Assembly (NCBI GenBank): GCA_963751275.1 | Contig: CAVVTZ010000011.1 | Location: 96,001 to 160,000, forward strand | Origin: an uncultured Gemmatimonadaceae bacterium | GTDB taxonomy: Bacteria; Gemmatimonadota; Gemmatimonadetes; Gemmatimonadales; Gemmatimonadaceae | DNA length: 64,000 nucleotides | Direction of reading: 5' to 3' | In this document: in pieces, positions 57,222-64,000 of the stretch | Layout of the letters: each line of letters opens with the position of its first letter | How positions within the stretch are numbered: the stretch's first letter is position 1 | Translations under genes and position numbers: made by a program | Notes under the pieces: generated by a model | Database searches by the model: none | What the model saw: only the letters and a program-made list of their open reading frames with translations | Told to the model about the DNA's origin: nothing

Positions 57222-57991
57222 CGCGTTCGCCGCGCGGTTCGCGGCGCTGCGCGCGCAGGATCGCCGCGCCCTCGTCGTCTACCTGACCGCCGGACTCCCC
57301 GATGTCCCGCAGTCGATCGCGCTGCTCCAGGCGGTCGAGCGCGCCGGCGCCGACATCGTCGAGCTCGGCATGCCGTTCTCCGACCCGATGGCCGATGGGC
57401 CGATCATCCAGGCGAGCTCGCAGCGCGCGCTCGATCACGGGGTGACGTTCGACGGGACGCTGGACCTCATCCGGCGCGCGAAGCTCACGGTGCCGGTCGT
57501 GCTCTTCACGTATCTCAACCCGTTGCTCTCGGCCGGCGCCGTCGCGCTCGAGCGCGCGGCCAAGGCGGGCGCGCACGGCGTGCTCGTGACCGATCTGCCG
57601 GTCGGCGCCGACCCCGCGCTCGAAGCGCGCATCGCGGCGGGGCCGCTCGCGTTCATCCGTCTGGTCGCGCCCACGACGCCGGCCTCGCGCATGGCGGAGA
57701 TCGCCCGTCACGGCGGCGGATTCGTGTATCTCGATCAGTCGACTCGGGGTCACCGGCGTGCAAGAGGGGATCGCGAGCGACCTCCCGGCGACGATCGCGC
57801 GGTTGCGCGGCGCCACGTCGCTGCCCGTGTGTGTGGGATTCGGGATCTCGACGCCGGCGCAGGCGGCGGAGGTCGGCCGGCTCGCCGACGGCGTGGTGGT
57901 CGGCAGCGCGCTCGTGCGCGCGGCGGGCGAGAGCCTGGACGCCGCCCTGCGTCTCGTGACGTCGATGCGCGCGGCGCTCGACGCGGCCTAG
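57205..57991 (+). CDS. trpA: Tryptophan synthase alpha chain; frameshift near 57735
   Basis: ELGMPFSDPMADGPIIQ, YLNP, LVAPTT, GVTG, VGFGIS, DGVVVGSA. Confidence 0.96.
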
Positions 57992-57995
57992 CGGC

Positions 57996-59360
57996 TCACT
58001 CCGAGCGGCGCAGCGCGCGCTCGAGCGCGGCACTGGGCCGCGCGTTCACCGTCTTCACGTGATCGACCAGCACGAGCCCGGGCGCGCCGCCGCGCGGCTT
58101 CCGCACGTGCTTGCGCCGTGTCCAGTCGACGGGCGTCACGGTATTGCCGCGCGCTTTGCTGTGCCACGCGGCGATCGCGGCCGCCTCGGCGAGGTCGCGG
58201 GCGGGGGGTGGATCGTCGCGCGTCCAGCGGAGCACCACGTGCGCACCGGCGACGTCGCGCGCGTGCATCGAGACGTCGTCGGGACTCGATTCGTGGAAGG
58301 TGAGCGCATCGTTGGACGCGGCGCCGCGACCGACCCAGATGTCGAGACCGCCGCTCGAGCGGTACTCGCGGAACGGGCGCGCGATGCGCGGCGCGCCGCG
58401 GCGCGCTGGTGCGGCGGGCTTCGAAGCCGGGGCCGGCGCAGGGGCGGCACGGGTCGCCGCGATGCGCGCGGGCAGCGACTCGAGCGCGCGCTCCATCGAT
58501 CCGGCCTCGGCGTGGAGACGTTCGGCGGCCTGCGCCGCGCGCTCACCGGCGCGCGGCGCGACCTCGAACGGTCCCTCGGCGAGATCGATCCGGCGCGGCG
58601 CGGGAACATTGCCGAGCGACTGGAGCATTGTCGCGGCCTCACGCACGCGCGGCGCGGCGGCGGCTTGCGCGAGCTCACGCTCCATGCGCGCAATGGCGCG
58701 CGCGCGCCGGCCGTCGAGCTCCGGTGCGGCGGCGGGCTCGGCCTCCGCGTCGTCCGCGACGAAGAGCGGGCCCAGACACGGCGGCGTTTCGGCCGGCAGC
58801 GCCGCGAGAGAGGCGTAGCGCTCCGCGGCGTTCGCAGGAGCGGCGCGCAGCCACTCGATGACGGGCCCGCTCATCCAGCGGCCGCGGAGCAGCGCAGGCC
58901 GGTCGTCCTCGCGGAGTGCGCGCGCGAGGGCGGCCTCCTCCAGCAGCGGGCGCGGCTCGGAGGCGGGAGGCAGCCGCGCGCCCATGCGCGATTCGCCGCC
59001 GTCGCCGCGCAGGCGCGCGCCTCGCGCCGCGGGCACGAAACTGATCTCGAGCACGGCGTGGCGCGGCGGCGATCCGCGGAACCTCCCCGCGCGCTCGAGT
59101 GCGATCGCCAGGCGCCGGTCGTCCTCGGGGGCGGATACGCCGGCCACCGTCCACCCCGCGAGCGCGCCGTCGCGCGGAGGCGCGGCGTCCTCTGTTGCCG
59201 CGGCGGACGACGGCGCGACGGGGAAGCGGACCGGCGCGGATCCCTCCACCGCTACGACGACGGCGCGCGCGTCGCGGTCGAACGTGATGGCCGCTACGCG
59301 GCGGCCGCGCCAGCGCGCATCGAGCGCGTGCGCGAGGTAGTGCACGGTCAGACTGTCCAC
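57996..59360 (-). CDS. NFACT-family protein (RqcH/FbpA-like, NFACT-R/DUF814 C-terminus)
   Basis: N-terminal MD..L and DDR; C-terminal IWVGRGAASNDALT, HARDVAGAHV, AAAIAAWHSKAR, VDWTRRKHVRKP. Confidence 0.85.
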   Translation of the reverse strand: MDSLTVHYLAHALDARWRGRRVAAITFDRDARAVVVAVEGSAPVRFPVAPSSAAATEDAAPPRDGALAGWTVAGVSAPEDDRRLAIALERAGRFRGSPPRHAVLEISFVPAARGARLRGDGGESRMGARLPPASEPRPLLEEAALARALREDDRPALLRGRWMSGPVIEWLRAAPANAAERYASLAALPAETPPCLGPLFVADDAEAEPAAAPELDGRRARAIARMERELAQAAAAPRVREAATMLQSLGNVPAPRRIDLAEGPFEVAPRAGERAAQAAERLHAEAGSMERALESLPARIAATRAAPAPAPASKPAAPARRGAPRIARPFREYRSSGGLDIWVGRGAASNDALTFHESSPDDVSMHARDVAGAHVVLRWTRDDPPPARDLAEAAAIAAWHSKARGNTVTPVDWTRRKHVRKPRGGAPGLVLVDHVKTVNARPSAALERALRRSE

Positions 59361-59373
59361 GCGCGCTCCGGGT

Positions 59374-59415
59374 TTGACACGCGCGCACGATGCCGGTACG
59401 TTCCGCCGCTGTCAA
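59374..59415. promoter_or_regulatory. Overlapping divergent sigma70-type promoters (folK and NFACT)
   Basis: Plus: TTGACA(59374)-17-TACGTT; minus: TTGACA(59415)-17-CATCGT. Confidence 0.55.
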
Positions 59416-59418
59416 CGG

Positions 59419-59829
59419 ATGCCTGACCTCGTCTATATCGCGCTCGGCTCGAACGTCGGTGACCGCGCGGCTCACCTCGCGGCAGCGCGCGCCGCGCTCG
59501 AGGCGCTACCGCAGAGCCGTGTCATCAGCGCATCTTCCGTGGAGGAGACCGAGCCGCTTGGCACGGTCCCCCAGGGGCCCTACCTCAACCAGATGGTCGC
59601 CGTGGAGACGTCGCTCTCGCCGCGCGTGTTGCTGGACGCGCTGCTCACGATCGAACGCGCGGAGGGGCGCGTGCGCACGGAGCGCTGGGGAGCGCGCACG
59701 CTCGATCTCGACATCGTGCGGTTCGGATCGCGGCGCGTGGATGAGCCCGGGCTGACCGTGCCGCATCCGGAGCTGCCGAACCGCCCGTTCTGGCTGCGCG
59801 AACTCGCCGAATTGGGAGCGGAGGCGTGA
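59419..59829 (+). CDS. folK: 2-amino-4-hydroxy-6-hydroxymethyldihydropteridine diphosphokinase
   Basis: YIALGSNVGD, YLNQ, RWGARTLDLDI, LTVPHP. Confidence 0.96.
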   Translation: MPDLVYIALGSNVGDRAAHLAAARAALEALPQSRVISASSVEETEPLGTVPQGPYLNQMVAVETSLSPRVLLDALLTIERAEGRVRTERWGARTLDLDIVRFGSRRVDEPGLTVPHPELPNRPFWLRELAELGAEA

Positions 59830-60673
59830 AGCGCCGGCCGGCGAAGCGCGCCGCGGCGCCGCGCGACGCGGCCGTGCGCGCCGTGACCGTGCGCGATTTC
59901 CTCGCGTGCAAGAAGAGCGGCGACAAGCTCGTGCTCGTCACCGCGTACGACGCGCTGTTCGGCCGGCTGGTGGATGAGGCCGGCGTGGACGGCGTCCTCG
60001 TGGGCGACTCCGTGGGCAACGTGGTGGCGGGGCTCGACTCGACGCTGCCCGTGACGCTCGACCAGATGATCTATCACGCGCGCGCGGCGCGCCGCGGCGT
60101 GCAGCGCGCCATGCTCATCGTGGACATGCCGTTCCTCACGTACCAGGTCACGCCCGAGGAGGCCCTGCGGAATTGCGGCCGCGTGATGCAGGAGACCGGG
60201 GCGCAGGCCGTGAAGCTCGAAGGCGCGGGGGATGTCGTCGCGCGCGCGGTGCGCGCCGTCACCAACGCCGGCGTTCCGGTGATGGGCCATCTCGGCTTCA
60301 CGCCCCAGTCGGTGCATGCGATGGGCGGCTTCCGCGTGCAGGGGCGCGAGAAGGACGCGATCGCGCGGCTCGTGGAGGAGGCGCGGCGCCTCGAGGACGC
60401 CGGCGCGTTCGCGATCGTGCTCGAGCTGCTCCCGCCGACGTCGCGGCCGCCGTCACCGCCGCCGTCGCGGTGCCGACGATCGGTATTGGCGCCGGCCCCG
60501 CATGCGATGGCCAGGTGCTCGTCATCACCGATCTGCTGGGCCTCAACGACCGCTTCAGCCCGAAGTTCCTGAAGCGGTACGCGCACCTCGCGGAGGACGT
60601 GCGGGACGCGGTGGGCCGGTTCCGCGACGACGTGCGCCGTGGGCGGTATCCCGATGCCGATCACAGTTTCTAG
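59826..60673 (+). CDS. panB: 3-methyl-2-oxobutanoate hydroxymethyltransferase; frameshift near 60430
   Basis: TAYD, LVGDS, DMPF, VKLEG, GHLGFTPQ, IGIGAG, DGQVLV. Confidence 0.96.
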
Positions 60674-61538
60674 CGGCGCACCGGCCGCGACGCGCGTGGT
60701 CACGCGCGCGAGCGAACTGCGCGCGGCGGTCGCGGAACAGCGCCGGCGCGGCGTATCGGTCGGGCTCGTTCCCACCATGGGATTCCTTCACGAGGGGCAC
60801 CTGCGCCTCGTGGATGCAGCGCGGGAGCGCGCGGGCTTCGTCGTGATGTCGATCTTCGTGAACCCGCTGCAGTTCGGCCCGCACGAGGACTTCGCGCGCT
60901 ATCCCCGCGACCTCGAGGGCGATGTGCGCAAGGCGGACGCCCGCGGCGTGGACCTCGTCTTCGCGCCGCGCGCGGAAGACATGTACGCCGGCGACCGCGT
61001 CGTGTCGGTCACGCCGCACGCGCTCGCCGACCGCTGGGAGGGCGCGGTCCGTCCCGGCCATTTCGGCGGCATGCTCACGGTGGTGGCGAAGCTGTTCAAT
61101 CTCGTGCAGCCCCAGGCCGCGATCTTCGGACAGAAGGACATCCAGCAGGCGACGCTCGTGCGGGCGATGGTGCGCGATCTCGATTTCCCGATCGAGATCC
61201 ACGTGGCCAGCACGGTGCGCGAGGATGACGGTCTCGCGATGTCGAGCCGCAACGGCTACCTGTCGGGCGACGACCGCCGCCGCGCGCTCGTGCTGTCGCG
61301 CGCCTTGCGCGCGATCGCCGAGTCGGCCGAGGCCGGCGAGCGCGACGCGGCCGCGCTGGAGACGCTCGGCTACGATGTGCTCGCCGAGGAGCCGGGGGTG
61401 AACGTCGACTACCTTGCGCTCGTGGACGGCGAACGGCTGGAGCCGGTCGCGATCGCCGATCCGGGCACGATCGTCATGGTGGCGGCGCGCGTCGGGCCGA
61501 CACGGCTCATCGACAACATCATCCTCGGCGCGCCGTGA
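60654..61538 (+). CDS. panC: Pantoate--beta-alanine ligase
   Basis: VPTMGFLHEGH, SIFVNPLQF, RPGHF, FGQKD, DGLAMSSRN, RLIDN. Confidence 0.97.
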   Translation: MPITVSSGAPAATRVVTRASELRAAVAEQRRRGVSVGLVPTMGFLHEGHLRLVDAARERAGFVVMSIFVNPLQFGPHEDFARYPRDLEGDVRKADARGVDLVFAPRAEDMYAGDRVVSVTPHALADRWEGAVRPGHFGGMLTVVAKLFNLVQPQAAIFGQKDIQQATLVRAMVRDLDFPIEIHVASTVREDDGLAMSSRNGYLSGDDRRRALVLSRALRAIAESAEAGERDAAALETLGYDVLAEEPGVNVDYLALVDGERLEPVAIADPGTIVMVAARVGPTRLIDNIILGAP

Positions 61539-62368
61539 CCTGGAATGCCGTGGTCGCCGCGCTGGATGACGGCGACACGTTCAAGTCGAGCGTGAGCCTC
61601 TATCTGCACCCGCTCGCGGGGCGGCCGGTGCTTTGGCACGCGCTGCTCGCGCTCGCGGACATGGAGGAGCCGCCCGCGTCCGTGCGCGTGCTGCACCGCG
61701 CGGCGAGCCCGCTGCTCGTGCCCGACTCGTTCCCGGTGCCGCTGCGGCTGGAGCCGGTGAACGCCGGCGAGGAGCTGATCGCGATGCGCGCGGCGGTGAC
61801 ACCGGCGGGATTGACGATGCTCGTGGATGGCGCGGCGCCGCTCATCTCGCCGGCGACGATCGCGCGGCTGCTGCGCGCGGCCGACCGCGGCATGGTCGCG
61901 CTCCGTGCGCCGGGCGAGGACATGGCCTGCGCGGCCGTGGCGGGGGAGGGGCCGGCGCTCGCGAGTGCGGAGGATCCCCGGCGCCCGAACGGTGCGGTGT
62001 CGATCGCCGCGACGGCGCCCGAGGAAGCGCTGCTCCTCACCGACCGCCACGCGTTGGCGGTGGCGGCGATGGCGATCCATGACCGGCTGATCCGCCGCCA
62101 CGAGGCCGCGGGCGTCAGCTTCGTGCTGCCGGCCACGACCTGGGTGGATGCCGACGTGACGATCGGCGCCGACACCGTGATCTATCCGGGCGCGGTGATC
62201 GAGGGACACACGGCGATCGGCAGCGAGTGCGTGATCGGTCCGTATTCGCGCCTCGCCGACGCGATGCTCGGCCGCGGCGTGGAACTCAAGGGATGGAACT
62301 ATGTCGCGCGGACGAGCGTGCGGAATCACGCGGTGCTGGAGCCTTATGTCCGCCGCGGCTTCGATTGA
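61535..62368 (+). CDS. Degenerate, shortened GlmU-like protein
   Basis: FKS..LHPLAGRP nucleotidyltransferase-like start, DGAAPLI, then hexapeptide repeats (TWVDADVTIGADTVIYPG..TAIGSECVIGPYS). Confidence 0.7.
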   Translation: MTWNAVVAALDDGDTFKSSVSLYLHPLAGRPVLWHALLALADMEEPPASVRVLHRAASPLLVPDSFPVPLRLEPVNAGEELIAMRAAVTPAGLTMLVDGAAPLISPATIARLLRAADRGMVALRAPGEDMACAAVAGEGPALASAEDPRRPNGAVSIAATAPEEALLLTDRHALAVAAMAIHDRLIRRHEAAGVSFVLPATTWVDADVTIGADTVIYPGAVIEGHTAIGSECVIGPYSRLADAMLGRGVELKGWNYVARTSVRNHAVLEPYVRRGFD

Positions 62369-62891
62369 CCTGCCGCCGTGGGCGGTGGCGGGCGAGAAGC
62401 GGCGCGCGCACATTGCCCGCGTCACGGCGCTGCTCGACCACTGGGCGCGCGCGCTGAAGCTCGATGAGCCCGCGCGCGCGGCGTGGCGCGACGCGGGACG
62501 ATTCCACGATGCGCTGCGCGACGCGCCGGAACGGACGCTGCGCCTGCTCACCGGCGACCACATCACCGCCGCGCCGCTGCTGCACGGGCCGGCGGCCGCG
62601 GTGAAGCTCCAGACGGAGGGCGAGGAGCGCGCCGATGTGCTCGAGGCGATCCGCTGGCACACCGTGGGAAGCAAGGACTGGGCGCCCACCGGCCGCGCGC
62701 TCTTCATGGCGGACTTCCTCGAGCCCGGCCGCAAGTTCGACCGCGAGATCCGCGCCGAGCTCGCCGCCGATGTGCCGCATGATTTCGAAGGCACCTTCCG
62801 GCGCGTGGTGCAGAACCGCATCGCCTGGACGCTGCGCGAAGGGCGTCCGCTGGACGCGGAGACGTCGCGCCTGTGGGATTCGGTGAAGTGA
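62346..62891 (+). CDS. HD-domain hydrolase, YqeK-like
   Basis: RRAHIARV, AGRFHD, LLHGPAAA, AIRWHTVG, LFMADFLEPGR. Confidence 0.85.
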   Translation: MSAAASIDLPPWAVAGEKRRAHIARVTALLDHWARALKLDEPARAAWRDAGRFHDALRDAPERTLRLLTGDHITAAPLLHGPAAAVKLQTEGEERADVLEAIRWHTVGSKDWAPTGRALFMADFLEPGRKFDREIRAELAADVPHDFEGTFRRVVQNRIAWTLREGRPLDAETSRLWDSVK

Positions 62892-63316
62892 GGAAGCGCC
62901 GCGCCCTCGTGGGCGCTCTCGTGCTGCTCCTCGCGCTCGCGGTGGTCTACCGGAAGATCGGCGTGCCGAGGTTCGACCGGCCGTCTCCCGCGTCGCAGCC
63001 GACGATGGCCGCGCCGGCCGGCACCCGCATGCGGGTGGAGGTGTTGAACGCCTCCACCGTGCGCGGTCTCGCGCGCCGCGCCACGCTCCACCTGCGCGAT
63101 GAAGGATTCGACGTCGTGCAGAGCGGCACCACGAACGAGCGCCGCGACAGCACGCTCATCCTGGACCGTACGAATCATCCCGACTGGGCCGCGCGTGCCG
63201 CGCGCGCGATGGGCGGCGCGAGGGTCGAGTCGCGCCCCGACACGCTACGCGACGTGGACCTGACCGTCCTGATCGGCGCCACCTGGCGCCCGCCGGCCGA
63301 GCCGTTCTACCCGTAG
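62888..63316 (+). CDS. LytR C-terminal domain membrane protein
   Basis: N-terminal TM; VEVLNASTVRGLA, DLTVLIGATW. Confidence 0.85.
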   Translation: MRKRRALVGALVLLLALAVVYRKIGVPRFDRPSPASQPTMAAPAGTRMRVEVLNASTVRGLARRATLHLRDEGFDVVQSGTTNERRDSTLILDRTNHPDWAARAARAMGGARVESRPDTLRDVDLTVLIGATWRPPAEPFYP

Positions 63317-64000
63317 CTGCCCGCAGGCGGCGGAGATGTCCGTGCCGCGGCTCTTCCGGATCGCCATCTCGACCTCCGCCTTCTTCAGCTCCTTCGTGAA
63401 CGCGCGCACCCGTTCGGGCGTCGACGGCTTGAAGTCCTGCGCGCCCCCCGGATGCAGCGGGATCAGGTTCACGAACGCTTTGCACTCCTTGGCGAGCCGC
63501 GCGAGGTTCATCGCGTGCTCCGGCGCGTCGTTCACGCCGCCGAGCAGCACGTACTCGAAGGTCACGCGGCGGTCGAACGCCTTCGCGGCGGCGATCACGT
63601 CGGCCAGCGGGTACTTCACGTTCACGGGCATCAGCTGCCGGCGGAGATCATCGCTCGGCGCGTGGATCGAGATCGCGAGCCGGAACTGCTCCGGGCGCTG
63701 TCCGAGCGCGACGATCCCGGGGAGCACGCCCACGGTGGAGACCGTGATGTGCCGCGCGCCGATGCCGAGCGCGTCGGGGCGGTTGAGCAGCGAGAGCGCG
63801 ACCGATACGCGCGGCCAGTTCATGAGCGGCTCGCCCATCCCCATGAACACGACGTTCGTCACTTTCAGCGGCGTCTCGAGGAGACCCATCTCGCGCACCT
63901 GACCGGCGATCTCCCACGCCGCGAGATTGCGCTGGAAACCCATCTTGCCCGTGGCGCAGAAGGCGCACTGCAGGGCGCATCCCGCCTGCGAGGAGATGCA
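63245..64000 (-). CDS. rlmN: Dual-specificity RNA methyltransferase RlmN (partial; 5' end beyond window)
   Basis: ISSQAGCALQCAFCATG radical-SAM motif, FMGMGEP, FEYVLL, NLIP, DISAACGQL. Confidence 0.96.
   Translation of the reverse strand, partial: CISSQAGCALQCAFCATGKMGFQRNLAAWEIAGQVREMGLLETPLKVTNVVFMGMGEPLMNWPRVSVALSLLNRPDALGIGARHITVSTVGVLPGIVALGQRPEQFRLAISIHAPSDDLRRQLMPVNVKYPLADVIAAAKAFDRRVTFEYVLLGGVNDAPEHAMNLARLAKECKAFVNLIPLHPGGAQDFKPSTPERVRAFTKELKKAEVEMAIRKSRGTDISAACGQLRVERLGRRAPGGADQDGQVHVA

Overview
GC-rich bacterial chromosome segment, probably Gemmatimonadota (inferred from gene order and protein character, not from a search). It is mostly core genome: pnp 3' end, M16 peptidase, ald, mreBCD-mrdA-rodA, accD-folC-hisS-proS-lysA-metallophosphoesterase-guaA, ptsN-like EIIA, dusB-larB-GGDEF, tmRNA, a ~14 kb minus-strand run (truA-degP-purB-purC-psd-pssA-purS-purQ-hyp-purL-purF-ppdK), a trp cluster interleaved with lexA, GAF, HEAT and HD-GYP genes, NFACT, folK-panB-panC, a GlmU-like gene, a YqeK-like gene, a LytR_C gene and the rlmN 3' part. 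Two small accessory patches lie at ~3.0-10.0 kb and ~25.4-27.7 kb. Many essential genes carry 1-nt indels, best explained as long-read consensus errors. No CRISPR array, rRNA, tRNA, integrase or transposase was seen. Best leads: (1) a HEAT-repeat/HD-GYP pair sharing an unrecognised N-terminal domain inside the trp operon; (2) dense D-(S/T)-hydrophobic motifs in exported proteins, like the Bacteroidota O-glycosylation sequon; (3) a candidate CCGAA-N6-CCGAA LexA box; (4) a synonymously recoded duplicate of the ptsN 3' end flanking an inserted lipoprotein; (5) an archaeal-type geranylgeranyl reductase plus ferredoxin; (6) a signal-peptide protein with a T3SS-filament-like C-terminus; (7) three families of palindromic intergenic elements; (8) repeated leaderless promoter geometry.
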